Shown: positions 1-9,634, counted from the stretch's first letter. The stretch is 64,000 nucleotides of DNA from Gemmatimonadales bacterium (GCA_036279355.1 DASUJH010000024.1:67375-131374), one strand, 5' to 3'. Program-made: numbers and translations. The notes: generated from the letters alone by a model not told the origin.

Positions 1-1042
1 CGGCGGCCATCGAGACCACCGCGCCGAGCGAGATGATCCAGCCGACCGTGGTGTAGCCGGCGAGGTTGAGCGCCTCCGCCAGCGGATCGGCCACCGCGAG
101 CTTCTGATACTTCACCATGCCGGTAAGCACCGCGCCGATCACGATGTAGATCACCGTGCACACCGCGAGGCCGCCCAGGATGCCAATCGGCAGGTTGCGC
201 TGCGGATTCTTGGTTTCCTCGGCGGCGGTCGAGATCGCGTCGAATCCGATGTAGGCGAAGAAGACGATCGCCGCGCCCTGGTGGATGCCCCGGAAGCCGT
301 TCGGCGCGAATGGGTGGTAGTTGGCCGGATCGATGTGGGTGAGCCCCGCCACCACGAAGAGCGCGAGCACCAGCAGCTTGATGGTCACCATGATGTTGTT
401 CGCGCGCGCGCTCTCACGTACGCCGCGGAGCAGGAGCCAGGTGATCAGCATGACGATGGCGAACGCGGGCACGTTGAGCAGCACCGGCACGCCGGCCACC
501 CGCGGCGCAGAATAAAGGAGACCGTGCACGGCCGGATCCGGGCTCAGCAGGGCCGTCCGGTATCCGGTCGTGAGCCATACCGGCGGTTGCGCGCCGATGG
601 AGCCGAGCAGGTTGCTGAAATACCCGCCCCAGGAGATGGCCACCGCGACGTTGCCGACCGCGTACTCCAGGATCAGGTCCCACCCGATGATCCACGCCAC
701 CAGCTCGCCCAGCGTGGCATAGGTGTATGCGTACGCGCTCCCCGCCTGCGGAATCATCGCGGCGAGCTCCGCGTAACAGAGCCCGGCGAGGGCGCAGGCA
801 AATCCCAGCAGCACGAACGAGAGCACGAGCGCCGGTCCGGCGCCGACCCGGACGACGTTGCCCGCCGCGTCCAGCTGCCCCGCCGCCGCCGTGCCGATGG
901 CGCTGAAGATGCCCGCGCCGATCACGGCCCCGATCGCGAGCATGATGAGATCGCCCGCCCCGAGCGCGCGCTTGAGCGCGTTCGGGTTGTCGCCCTCAGC
1001 GAGCAGCTGGCTGATCGGCTTTCGCTGGAAGAGTTGGCGCAT
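1..1042 (-). CDS. APC-superfamily amino acid permease (partial, runs off window start)
   Basis: Reverse translation gives MRQLFQRKPISQLLAEGDNPNALKRALGAGDLIMLAIGAVIGAGIFSAIG, followed by multiple hydrophobic helices typical of APC/CAT transporters. Confidence 0.85.
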   Translation of the reverse strand, partial: MRQLFQRKPISQLLAEGDNPNALKRALGAGDLIMLAIGAVIGAGIFSAIGTAAAGQLDAAGNVVRVGAGPALVLSFVLLGFACALAGLCYAELAAMIPQAGSAYAYTYATLGELVAWIIGWDLILEYAVGNVAVAISWGGYFSNLLGSIGAQPPVWLTTGYRTALLSPDPAVHGLLYSAPRVAGVPVLLNVPAFAIVMLITWLLLRGVRESARANNIMVTIKLLVLALFVVAGLTHIDPANYHPFAPNGFRGIHQGAAIVFFAYIGFDAISTAAEETKNPQRNLPIGILGGLAVCTVIYIVIGAVLTGMVKYQKLAVADPLAEALNLAGYTTVGWIISLGAVVSMAA

Positions 1043-1872
1043 TAGAAGAAGGACACGGTGATCGTGGTCGAGCCGGGAACCGGCGCGCCCGCCGGAGACC
1101 GGGCGGGCCGGAATCGGTAGTTGCGCATCGTCTCCTCGAACTTTCGGGCAAAGCCGCCGTCACGGATGGCCGGCGTGATGGTCACGCGGTCAACGGCGCC
1201 ATCGGGACCGACGAAGAAGGTGACCTCGACCTGCGTGCCGCGCAACGAGGAGGGTGCATCGGGCGGCGGCAACACGAGTTGTCGCGGCTCCGGCGCCGTG
1301 CCCCGACCGCGTTCGCCCCCGAAGGCCGGCCCCGTTCCCGTCCCCCGCCCTGATCCCTCCGCACTGCCATCCGTCACGCCACCAGCACCGCCGCCTTCAC
1401 CGGGTCTGGTCCCCGACGCGGAGCCCGCCCCGCCGACGCCCGCGACCGGCGGCGCCGTATCGGCCCGCGCGGCCGAATCGACTCGGGAAAATGTGTCGGC
1501 CGTCGCATCGGCGACCGGGACCGGTCGGGGCTCGAGTGTCTTGGGACGCGGCTGCGGCGCGGATCGTTTGAGCGTCGGTGCCGGCCGGGCTCGTGGCGCC
1601 GGGCCGCGGGCCGGAGATAACGAATGCTCGGACGCCGGCGCGCCGTCCGCGGCCGGCCCGCCAATATACGCCATGACGGAGGCGCGGGCACCGCCCGCGC
1701 CCCCGCGCGGCATGCCCGGGATGCCCGGCACACGCGTCCGGACCCATGCGCGCCCCGCGTCTGAGACGAGCACGAGCACAACTGCCGCGTGCAGTGCCAC
1801 GGAGAGCCAGAGGGCTCCCCGATGGCGTTGGCGCGGCGGAAGCCGCATCGACGGCGGGATCGGCGGACGCAT
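1042..1872 (-). CDS. TonB-family energy transducer-like protein, Pro/Gly-rich linker
   Basis: N-terminal TM helix (LWLSVALHAAVVLVLV), proline-rich middle, C-terminal TonB-like region; adjacent to exbD/exbB. Confidence 0.6.
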   Translation of the reverse strand: MRPPIPPSMRLPPRQRHRGALWLSVALHAAVVLVLVSDAGRAWVRTRVPGIPGMPRGGAGGARASVMAYIGGPAADGAPASEHSLSPARGPAPRARPAPTLKRSAPQPRPKTLEPRPVPVADATADTFSRVDSAARADTAPPVAGVGGAGSASGTRPGEGGGAGGVTDGSAEGSGRGTGTGPAFGGERGRGTAPEPRQLVLPPPDAPSSLRGTQVEVTFFVGPDGAVDRVTITPAIRDGGFARKFEETMRNYRFRPARSPAGAPVPGSTTITVSFF

Positions 1873-1907
1873 CTCCGGTCGTACGGGCCGCGCCCCGCGC
1901 GGCCGCC

Positions 1908-2321
1908 TTACCGGTTCGCTTCCCTCGGCGTGAAGCCGATGATCTGGACCCCGGCGCCCCGTGCGATGTCCATTGCCTCGATGACGTCCTGATAGATCCG
2001 GTTGGGACCGGCCTGGATGAACAGCAGCTTGGCCGGGCGATTGTCGAACACCGCGTGGATCTGCGCCTCGAGCTGACTCTTCGGCACCGGCTGCGAGTTG
2101 ATGGCGTAGCTACCGTCGTTGGCCAGTTGCAGCACGATCTGGTTGCTCGCCGACGTGCTCGCGGTCGTCGAATTGGGCGGCGGCACCTGGACGTCGATGG
2201 CCTTCCGCCCGAGGGGCTGGGTGATCATGAAAATGATCAGCAGCACGAGGAGCACGTCGATCATCGGCGTGACGTTGATGTCCGACTGCACCGCCGCCGA
2301 CGATCCTGTGGTCATCGCCAT
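1908..2321 (-). CDS. exbD: ExbD/TolR biopolymer transport protein
   Basis: SDINVTPMIDVLLVLLIIFMI signature. Confidence 0.9.
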   Translation of the reverse strand: MAMTTGSSAAVQSDINVTPMIDVLLVLLIIFMITQPLGRKAIDVQVPPPNSTTASTSASNQIVLQLANDGSYAINSQPVPKSQLEAQIHAVFDNRPAKLLFIQAGPNRIYQDVIEAMDIARGAGVQIIGFTPREANR

Positions 2322-2322
2322 G

Positions 2323-2790
2323 TCACTTCTTCTCCTTGTCGTGCGACAGATCGCCGAACATCCCGCCCTTGACCGGCTCCGTAATGGCCGACATCACGCG
2401 CACCCCGGCCTGCCGGGCGGTCTCGACCGCGTCCTGGATCCGGCTGTACTTGAGGTGGTTGTCCGCCTTGAAGTAAAGAATCTTGTCTTCCGACCGGCTG
2501 GCATAGATCGACCGGAGCTGGTCGGCGAGAGCAGCGTCCGGCAGCGGCCGCCCATTGAGGAAGTACTGGCCGCTCTCGTCGATGCCGAGCACCACCTCGT
2601 TGTCGCCCTCGGGGCGCGAGTCCAGGTTCTTGCCCTTGGGAAGCGTCGCCTTGAAGCCAGCGGCGATAAGGGGCGTCACGATCATGAAGATGATCAGGAG
2701 CACCAGCATGACGTCGATCATCGGCGTCACGTTGATGTCCGACTTGACCGACGTGACGCCGGCGCTAGGACTACTGGTGGATATGGCCAC
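2323..2790 (-). CDS. exbD: ExbD/TolR biopolymer transport protein (second tandem copy)
   Basis: VKSDINVTPMIDVMLVLLIIFMIVTPL signature. Confidence 0.9.
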   Translation of the reverse strand: MAISTSSPSAGVTSVKSDINVTPMIDVMLVLLIIFMIVTPLIAAGFKATLPKGKNLDSRPEGDNEVVLGIDESGQYFLNGRPLPDAALADQLRSIYASRSEDKILYFKADNHLKYSRIQDAVETARQAGVRVMSAITEPVKGGMFGDLSHDKEKK

Positions 2791-3520
2791 TGCCGCTCAC
2801 CGCCTTCTGCGCCTGGAACTCCTTGGTGAAGATCGAACGCCCGAACTCGCTCCCGACGCTCTTGATGAGGTAGTCGATGAGCTCCTTCGACGTGTAGGTC
2901 ATCTCGACCGTGAGGTTCTCGATCTTGGTCGTGAAGTAGTTGTAGGCCCAGACCGCCGGGATGGCGACGATGAGGCCGAACGCGGTGGTGATCAGCGCCT
3001 CCGCGATACCGGCCGAGATCGCCGCCAGGCCGCCCGACGCGCCCTGCTGTGCCATGCCCACGAACGCGGTCACGATGCCCATGACCGTGCCAAGCAGACC
3101 GACGAACGGCGCGGTCGAGCCGACCGTGCCGAGCACCCCGAGACCGCGCTTGAAGTCGGCGAGCGTAATGAGCATCTGGCGCTCCACCGCGCGCTCGGCC
3201 GAATTGATGTCGGCCGCGGTGATGGTCGCGCGGTCGCGCAGGAGCGGCTTTACCTCGGCCAGCGCTTCGCCGAGCACCCGGGACACGTGGCTCCGCTTGT
3301 TCCGTTCCGCCAGCGTGATCGCCTGATCGAGGTTCTCCTCCTGGATCGCGCGGGAGAACTGTGGTGCAAAGCGGCGCGTCTCTGACTCGCTGCGCTTCAC
3401 CTGGATCAGCTTCGTGATCACGATGCTGAGCGAGTAGATCGACATGATCGCCATCACGAAGACGATGCCCTTGGCGAAGGGGCCCATCGTGTGCCACAGG
3501 TTCAAGAGATCGAGATTCAT
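2771..3520 (-). CDS. exbB: MotA/TolQ/ExbB proton channel family protein
   Basis: LGVLGTVGSTAPFVGLLGTVMGIVTAF and C-terminal TM; adjacent to exbD genes. Confidence 0.88.
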   Translation of the reverse strand: MNLDLLNLWHTMGPFAKGIVFVMAIMSIYSLSIVITKLIQVKRSESETRRFAPQFSRAIQEENLDQAITLAERNKRSHVSRVLGEALAEVKPLLRDRATITAADINSAERAVERQMLITLADFKRGLGVLGTVGSTAPFVGLLGTVMGIVTAFVGMAQQGASGGLAAISAGIAEALITTAFGLIVAIPAVWAYNYFTTKIENLTVEMTYTSKELIDYLIKSVGSEFGRSIFTKEFQAQKAVSGSGHIHQ

Positions 3521-3577
3521 GTTATGTGCGTCTCCTCGGACGACGTGTGCGCGAGCGTTTACTCGCGGCCTGCGTGA

Positions 3578-4330
3578 CTATTGACCGACCTTGAACGACA
3601 TCGCCTGCTGCACCAGTTGCCGCACCGGCCTTCCGTGAAACCGGGCCGGCTTGAACACCGATTTCATGATGGCCTCCTTGGCCGGCTCCTCGAAGGCCTT
3701 ATTGGTGGACGAGACCACCTTGAACGACGGCGGTTCGGCGTGACCCGTCGTGTCCACGATGTACTGTACGACAACCCGACCCGCCACCCCCGCGCTCTGG
3801 AGCACGGGCGGATAGCGCGGCAGCGGCTGCGAGATCGGTTGCGCCGGATCATCGAGCTGCGCCTCGGTGAACACTTCGGCCTTCACGTCGACCGGGCCCG
3901 TACCGCCCGCCACGCCGGTCGCGATGCCCCCCTCGATGCCCTTGCCGGTGAAATCCTTGGGGTCGAACGCCTTCTGCTTCAGGTCCACCGGCGGGATCAC
4001 CTTGGGAATCTCGGTCGGCGGCACGACGGTCTGGAATCCCTTCGGCGGGGGATTCACGGTCACGACCTGTTCCGGTGGCGGCTGCTCGGGCGGCGGCGGC
4101 GGGGGTGGCGGAGGCTTGAGGAACACCATCGTGGTGTCCACCGGCTTGTCCTTGATGGTCTCGGCCACGCCTTGCGTGGCTTTGACGGCGAGAAAGATCA
4201 GCGCGCCATGCACGGCCAGGGAGAGCACCGTCTGGCCGAACGACCGCTGCCTTTTCGCCTTTGACTCGAGCAGGTTTTCGAACACGCAACGACCTCCCTG
4301 GGTGGGAACTCGACGGCGAGAAGCTAGCAC
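3578..4330 (-). CDS. tonB: TonB energy transducer
   Basis: Pro-rich periplasmic linker (PPPPPPPPPPEQPPPEQVV) and C-terminal YPPVLQSAGVAGRVVVQYIVDTTGHAEPPSFKVV. Confidence 0.85.
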   Translation of the reverse strand: MLASRRRVPTQGGRCVFENLLESKAKRQRSFGQTVLSLAVHGALIFLAVKATQGVAETIKDKPVDTTMVFLKPPPPPPPPPEQPPPEQVVTVNPPPKGFQTVVPPTEIPKVIPPVDLKQKAFDPKDFTGKGIEGGIATGVAGGTGPVDVKAEVFTEAQLDDPAQPISQPLPRYPPVLQSAGVAGRVVVQYIVDTTGHAEPPSFKVVSSTNKAFEEPAKEAIMKSVFKPARFHGRPVRQLVQQAMSFKVGQ

Positions 4331-4381
4331 CGCCCGATGGCGGGGTCGTTGATCGAAGATGACAATTCGGTGACAACGGGA

Positions 4382-4891
4382 TTAGCGCTTACGAATGCGT
4401 GCCGTGCGGGCCGGTGCGTGACCGCTGCTGCCGTGCGTCGCGAGGTGGTGCATCACCTGATCGAGCAGATCGACCGCACGCGCCAGCGTGGCACGATCCG
4501 GGTCGCCGAGGGTCCGCAGCTCGCCCGCGAGCAACGCGATGCGCCGTGCCCGCCCGCGCTGGAGGAGGCGCCGGCCGCGCGCCGTGGCCCTGAGGCGGAT
4601 GGCACGCCGGTCGTGCGGGTCGGGCTGCCGCGCCACCAGGCCCTGCTGCTCGAGCGCCTGGACCAGCCGCACCATCGTCGGGGGCCGGACCTGCTCCGCG
4701 TCGGCCAGGGCGCGCAAGGTACAGGGACCGCCGAACACGAGCACCGACAGCGCCGAGAGCCGGGGCGCCGAGAGGCCGGTGGCCGCATCCACCCGCCGGA
4801 GCCCCCGGAGGAGGTGGACCGCGGCCGAGTGCAGCCGGTCGGCAAGGGGGGCGAGGTCGCGGGGGCCGCGGCTTGCGGGCGGCCGCGTCAT
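4382..4891 (-). CDS. MarR-family transcriptional regulator
   Basis: wHTH pattern LRALADAEQVRPPTMVRLVQALEQQGLVARQPDPHDRRAIRLRATARGRRL. Confidence 0.8.
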   Translation of the reverse strand: MTRPPASRGPRDLAPLADRLHSAAVHLLRGLRRVDAATGLSAPRLSALSVLVFGGPCTLRALADAEQVRPPTMVRLVQALEQQGLVARQPDPHDRRAIRLRATARGRRLLQRGRARRIALLAGELRTLGDPDRATLARAVDLLDQVMHHLATHGSSGHAPARTARIRKR

Positions 4892-4902
4892 CCAGTATGA
4901 TC

Positions 4903-4917
4903 GTTAGCACTGCTAAC
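4903..4917. promoter_or_regulatory. Perfect inverted repeat GTTAGC-ACT-GCTAAC in the MarR/VOC divergent promoter; candidate operator
   Basis: Read directly; lies in the 54-bp gap between divergent starts. Confidence 0.5.
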
Positions 4918-4945
4918 CATCATTCCCATTCCCCTGGAGGACGCC

Positions 4946-5332
4946 ATGACCGCTGCCGCCCCCGGCCTCGAGCGCGTCGTGCAGCTTGCGCTCACCGTCC
5001 GCGACCTGCCGCGGGCCGTCGCGTTCTATCGCGACGTGCTGGGCCTGCCTTTCCTCTTCGACGCGCCGCCGCAGATGGCGTTCTTCGAGTGCGGCGGCAT
5101 CCGGCTCCTGATCGGCGCGGGACACGCGGGACCTCCCGCGCCGAGCGGCTCCGTCGTCTACTTCGCCACGCACGACATCCAGGCGAGCCACGCGGCGCTC
5201 GCGGCCGCGGGCGTCGCCTTCGCGCAGCCGCCGCAGCGCATCGCCCGGCTCCCGACCTCCGACGTGTGGTTGGCCGAATTCGACGACCCCGACGGCAATC
5301 ATCTCGCGCTCATGAGCGAGGTGCCGCGCTAG
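4946..5332 (+). CDS. VOC-family glyoxalase/bleomycin-resistance-like protein
   Basis: LTVRDLPRAVAFYRDVLGLPFLF and FDDPDGNHLALMSEV. Confidence 0.85.
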   Translation: MTAAAPGLERVVQLALTVRDLPRAVAFYRDVLGLPFLFDAPPQMAFFECGGIRLLIGAGHAGPPAPSGSVVYFATHDIQASHAALAAAGVAFAQPPQRIARLPTSDVWLAEFDDPDGNHLALMSEVPR

Positions 5333-6854
5333 CTGCGCCATCGGCGGCGCCCTGCGGCACGGCATCGGGCGCGCCGTCTGCGCGTGCGTCGGCGGCCGGG
5401 GGCACGGCGGGCGCAGCCGAGCCCGCGGCGGGCAGCCGCACCGTGAAGGTCGTCCCGCGCCCCGGCCGGCTCTGCACCGTAATCGCCCCGCCGTGCGCCT
5501 CGGCGATCCACTTCGTGATCGCGAGACCGAGGCCGGTGCCGGCCCGCTCGCCGGTCCGGGAGCGCGCCGGATCGGCCCGCCAGAATCGGTCGAAAATGTG
5601 CGGCAGGTCGCCCGGCGCGATCCCGATGCCGGTGTCCTGCACCACGAGCGTCACGACCCCGTCGGCCTCCGTCAGGCTCAACCCGACCTGGCCGCCGGGT
5701 GGGGTGTACTTGATCGCGTTGGTCACGAGGTTGAGCAGCATCTCCCGGATGCGGTGCCGGTCCATCGGAAGCCGCACCGGCGCCGGCGGCATCCGGGTCG
5801 AGACGACCACCTGCGCGTCTTCGCCCAGCATCCCCGCGGTTTCCGACACGTCGGCCACGACCTCGCGGAGATCGCCTTCCTCCAGGCTGAGCGGTGCGCG
5901 GCCCTCGTCGACGCGAGCGAGGGTGAGCAGGTTGTCGACCATCTCCGTCATCTGATTCAACTGCTCGAGTGTCTCGTCCAGCGACTGCATGACCTCGCGC
6001 GGGGTCTGGGGATGGGTGAGTCCGCGCTCCACACCGGCGCGGAGCACCATGAGCGGCGTTTTGAGCTCGTGGCTCGCGTCGGCGGTGAAACGGCGGAGGC
6101 TCGCGAAGCTCTGCTCCAGCCGCGCGAGCATCCCGTTGATCGTCACCGCGACCCGCGCGACCTCATCGCTTGCCGGCGGCAGCGCCACCCGGCGGTGCAG
6201 GCTGCGGCCGTCGGTAATGGCCTCGACCTCCTCCATGATTCCGAGCAGCGGCTGCACGCTGGTCCGTGCGAGCCAGTAGCCCAGCGCAAGCGACGCCGCC
6301 AGCACGAGCGGCGCGATGAGCAGCATCGACTCGAGCAGCGCACTCGGCCCATACGACGCTTCGGCCGTCGCGGTCGCGACCAGCAGCGCGCCGATGCCGG
6401 GGCCCGCGGAATCCACCCGCACCGCGAGATAGCGAACCGAGCCGAGCGGCGGGTCGAAGTCGATGACTCCGCTCGCGCGCGGGCCGCGGAGCGGCTGCAG
6501 CGGCGCCGAGAGCCGCTCGAATTCGCTGGCGGCGAGGGGGCGGGTGACGCCGGAGAGGCCCACGACGTTGCCCGAAGTGTCGGCCACAATGAGGTAGTCG
6601 CGGAACGCCTCGAGGTAGGCGCTGATGCCGGGGTCGAGCGCGGGGCTCGGGGCGTCGGTCACGAGCCGCCCAAGTACGCGGTACGATTCGACCAGCCAGC
6701 GGGTGGCCACGTCGGCTTCGATCGTGAGCCTGCGGTCCAGCTCGTGCCGGCTCGCCTGCTGGCGCTCGTAGTACAGGGCCGTGCCGAACGCCAGCACGGT
6801 GAGCCCGAGCGCCACCGAGTACCACACCGTGAGGCGGCGGCGGATCGAGCTCAT
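5310..6854 (-). CDS. Membrane sensor histidine kinase (HAMP, HisKA, HATPase)
   Basis: Two TM segments, FTADASHELKTPL H-box, NLVTNAIKYTPPGGQV, GTGLGLAI. Confidence 0.93.
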   Translation of the reverse strand: MSSIRRRLTVWYSVALGLTVLAFGTALYYERQQASRHELDRRLTIEADVATRWLVESYRVLGRLVTDAPSPALDPGISAYLEAFRDYLIVADTSGNVVGLSGVTRPLAASEFERLSAPLQPLRGPRASGVIDFDPPLGSVRYLAVRVDSAGPGIGALLVATATAEASYGPSALLESMLLIAPLVLAASLALGYWLARTSVQPLLGIMEEVEAITDGRSLHRRVALPPASDEVARVAVTINGMLARLEQSFASLRRFTADASHELKTPLMVLRAGVERGLTHPQTPREVMQSLDETLEQLNQMTEMVDNLLTLARVDEGRAPLSLEEGDLREVVADVSETAGMLGEDAQVVVSTRMPPAPVRLPMDRHRIREMLLNLVTNAIKYTPPGGQVGLSLTEADGVVTLVVQDTGIGIAPGDLPHIFDRFWRADPARSRTGERAGTGLGLAITKWIAEAHGGAITVQSRPGRGTTFTVRLPAAGSAAPAVPPAADARADGAPDAVPQGAADGAASAAPRS

Positions 6855-6855
6855 G

Positions 6856-7524
6856 TCACTCCCTCACCACGTATCCCACTCCGCGCACCGTGTGCACCAG
6901 CTTCTGCGCGTGTCCCGAATCGACCTTCTTCCTGAGCCGGTTGATCACGACGTCGACGATGTTGGTGCCGGGATCGAAGTGGTAGTCCCAGGCGTATTCG
7001 GTGATGAGGGTGCGCGACATGACCCGCCCGGCGTGGCGCATCAGGTACTCGAGCACCGTGTATTCCTTGGGCGTGAGCTCGATCGCATGGCCCGCACGCC
7101 GCACGCCGCGGGTGGCGGTGTCGAGCTCGAGGTCGGCCACCTTGAGCACCGGCGCCTGCAGCTCCTTGGGCCGGCGGCCCAGCGCCTCGACCCGCGCCAG
7201 CAGCTCCTCGAAGGCGAACGGCTTGGTGACGTAGTCGTCCGCGCCCATGCGGAGCGCCTGCACCTTGAAGTCCACCGTATCCTGGGCCGTGAGCACGAGG
7301 ATCGGGGTCGTGATGCCGCGGTCGCGCAGCGTGCGCAGCACCTCGAAGCCGGTCATGCCGGGCAACCGGAGGTCGAGCACCAGCAGGTCATAGTGGCTGC
7401 CTGACGCGAGGCGGAGCCCCTCCATCCCATCGTCGACCAGATCGGCCTGCATCAGGTGCTCCTCGAGCCCACGCTTCACGTACTGGCCAACCGTGCGGTC
7501 GTCCTCGATCACGAGCACCTTCAT
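6856..7524 (-). CDS. OmpR-family response regulator
   Basis: MKVLVIEDDRTVGQYVKRGLEEH, DLLVLDLRLPGMTG, C-terminal wHTH LTPKEYTVLEYLMRHAGRVMSR. ATG at 7524 chosen over the longer ORF. Confidence 0.92.
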   Translation of the reverse strand: MKVLVIEDDRTVGQYVKRGLEEHLMQADLVDDGMEGLRLASGSHYDLLVLDLRLPGMTGFEVLRTLRDRGITTPILVLTAQDTVDFKVQALRMGADDYVTKPFAFEELLARVEALGRRPKELQAPVLKVADLELDTATRGVRRAGHAIELTPKEYTVLEYLMRHAGRVMSRTLITEYAWDYHFDPGTNIVDVVINRLRKKVDSGHAQKLVHTVRGVGYVVRE

Positions 7525-9044
7525 GCGCCCGCCGCCGGGAGCACCACCCGAAACGTCGACCCCGCCCCCGGCAGGCTTTCCAACTCGATCCGGCCGCCAT
7601 GCTCGGCGACGATGCCGTAACAGATCGAAAGGCCGAGCCCCGTGCCTTTGCCCGGCGGCTTGGTGGTGTAGAACGGCTCGAAGATCTTCGACTGATCCGC
7701 CCGCGCGATGCCGGGACCCGTATCCATCACTTCGACATATACCTCGGCCGCGCTCGCGCCGCACCCGGTTCGCAAGGTGAGCCGGCCGCCCGCGTCCATC
7801 GCGTCCACCGCATTCAGCATGAGCGCCATCAGCACCTGCGCGAGCTGCTCGGCGTTCGCGCGGGCGGGTGGAAGCGCCGGGTCGAGCTCGCGCGCCACCT
7901 CGAGCTGGCCGAAGCGCGCGTGATGGGTGAGCAGGAAGAGCGTCTCGTCCACCACCGCGTTGAGCACCACCTTCCGCTTCGCACGGCCCTTGGGCCGGCT
8001 GAAGTCGAGCAGTCCGTTCACGATCCGGGTGCAGCGGTCCACCTCGCGATCGATCATGCCGAGATAGTCGCGCACCGCGGGCGCGGCCGCGCCGGCGAAC
8101 TCATCGAGGCGGCCCTCGATTGCGGCGACGCAGGCGCCGATCGTCGCCAGCGGATTGTTGATCTCGTGCATGACGCCCGCGGCGAGCTGACCGATCGCGG
8201 CCAGCTTCTCGTGCTGGAGAATGCGCGCCTGCGTGAGGCGTGCGTCGGTCACGTCCTCGCCGATGGTGATGACGTGGGTGATCGCATCGCCGCCAAGCCG
8301 CATGGGCGTCTTGCTGATGCGATACCAGTGCGTCGCGCCGTCGCGGCTCACCTCCAGCTCTTCCTGCGTGGCCTCGCCCGTCTCGAACACCCGGTCGAAT
8401 TCCGCCCGGAGCACGTCGGCCGGCTGGCGGGTAAGCACGTCGAACACCGGCCGGCCCACGACCACGTCGCGCCGGAGTCCCTGGGTGCCTGTTTCCCTGT
8501 TGCGGTTCCAGATCTGGATTCGGTACTCGCGGTCCACGACGTAGAGACCCACCGGCAGGCTGTCGATGATGAGGCTGATGAAGCGGCGCTGCTCGTCGAT
8601 TTCGCGGGACTGGATCGCGACCTCGTGCGCCAGATCGGCCGAGAGCTCGGTGGCCACGAGCCACGGCGTAAGCAGGTCGGCCAGCACGCCGAGGAGCGCG
8701 CCGTCGGGCGGCGGGCCGGCAAACCGGGCCTCCAGGATTCCGACTTGCTCGCCATCCTGCGCGAGCGGAACCCGTATCGTCTGCGGACCCGCGGCAGGGA
8801 GCCGCGCGAGTGACTCGACGGGGCCATCCGCCAGGCCGGCGTCCAGCGCTTCGGCCGGGCTCCGGGTCGGCGACGCGATCGGCCGGAACCGCGTGCCGCC
8901 AGGCTCTCGCACCCACAGCGCGGCCGTGCGCGCGCCAAGGCCGCCCCGCATCCGCTCGGTGAGGGCGCGTGCCGTTGCCTCGAACCCGAGCCCCGCGTTG
9001 AGGAGCTTGCCGACGTCCCGCAGCAGCTCGAGCTCGGTGCTCAC
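7521..9044 (-). CDS. Cytosolic GAF-PAS sensor histidine kinase
   Basis: PAS-like IIDSLPVGLYVVDREYRIQIWN, AAGVMHEINNPLATI H-box, GTGLGLSICYGIVAEHGG; no TM. Confidence 0.9.
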   Translation of the reverse strand: MSTELELLRDVGKLLNAGLGFEATARALTERMRGGLGARTAALWVREPGGTRFRPIASPTRSPAEALDAGLADGPVESLARLPAAGPQTIRVPLAQDGEQVGILEARFAGPPPDGALLGVLADLLTPWLVATELSADLAHEVAIQSREIDEQRRFISLIIDSLPVGLYVVDREYRIQIWNRNRETGTQGLRRDVVVGRPVFDVLTRQPADVLRAEFDRVFETGEATQEELEVSRDGATHWYRISKTPMRLGGDAITHVITIGEDVTDARLTQARILQHEKLAAIGQLAAGVMHEINNPLATIGACVAAIEGRLDEFAGAAAPAVRDYLGMIDREVDRCTRIVNGLLDFSRPKGRAKRKVVLNAVVDETLFLLTHHARFGQLEVARELDPALPPARANAEQLAQVLMALMLNAVDAMDAGGRLTLRTGCGASAAEVYVEVMDTGPGIARADQSKIFEPFYTTKPPGKGTGLGLSICYGIVAEHGGRIELESLPGAGSTFRVVLPAAGA

Positions 9045-9057
9045 GGCAGGCGCTGCC

Positions 9058-9546
9058 TCATGATCGCCGCCGCGCGCCTGTCGCGAGCGCGACGCTGAGG
9101 ATTCGCCATTCCGTGCCGATGCGGCGCATGACGAGATGCTCCACCCGGTCCGACTCGACCATCCGGTCGGCGCGCGGCACCCGCTCCCGACTCACCAGCC
9201 AGACCGCGGCGAGATCCCCCTCCTGTCGCGTGTCCGCGCGCAGGATGCGCACGTCCGACGGCGGCCCCGCGGCCGGGTCCCAGCGCGGGAGCACCGCGCT
9301 GCGGGCCGAATCGATTCCCAGGACCTCGGGCCCATCCGCCGTTGCCACCTCGTAGGTGGCGCCTTTCCAGAAGAGGTCCCGGAGCGCGGGCCAGTCCCGC
9401 GTCGACAATCCGTGGGTGTACGCGACAAGCAGGTGCTGGATGGCGTCATCATCGCGCCGCGAGCCCGTGGGCGTGTGGTCCTCGATGCGGCATGCGGCGA
9501 GGCCGATCAGGCACAGTCCAATTGCCGCCCGGCGGAAGCGGAACAT
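9058..9546 (-). CDS. Lipoprotein with NTF2/SnoaL-like domain
   Basis: Lipobox LIGLAAC; VAYTHGLSTRDWPALRDLFWKGATYEV typical of SnoaL/NTF2 folds. Confidence 0.5.
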   Translation of the reverse strand: MFRFRRAAIGLCLIGLAACRIEDHTPTGSRRDDDAIQHLLVAYTHGLSTRDWPALRDLFWKGATYEVATADGPEVLGIDSARSAVLPRWDPAAGPPSDVRILRADTRQEGDLAAVWLVSRERVPRADRMVESDRVEHLVMRRIGTEWRILSVALATGARRRS

Positions 9547-9602
9547 GAAACTCCGTCAACGAGATGATTCGGCCGAAAGATACTCGAAGCCGCCGGTGCC
9601 GC

Positions 9603-9634
9603 GGGCCCGCGACGGATCGGGCCCGCGACGGATC
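9603..9634. repeat. Two perfect tandem copies of GGGCCCGCGACGGATC (16 bp)
   Basis: Read directly at 9603-9618 and 9619-9634. Confidence 0.9.

Noticed and set aside
281-1045. 254-aa plus-strand ORF
   Set aside because: Antisense to the APC permease; low-complexity Arg/His/Asp-rich translation.
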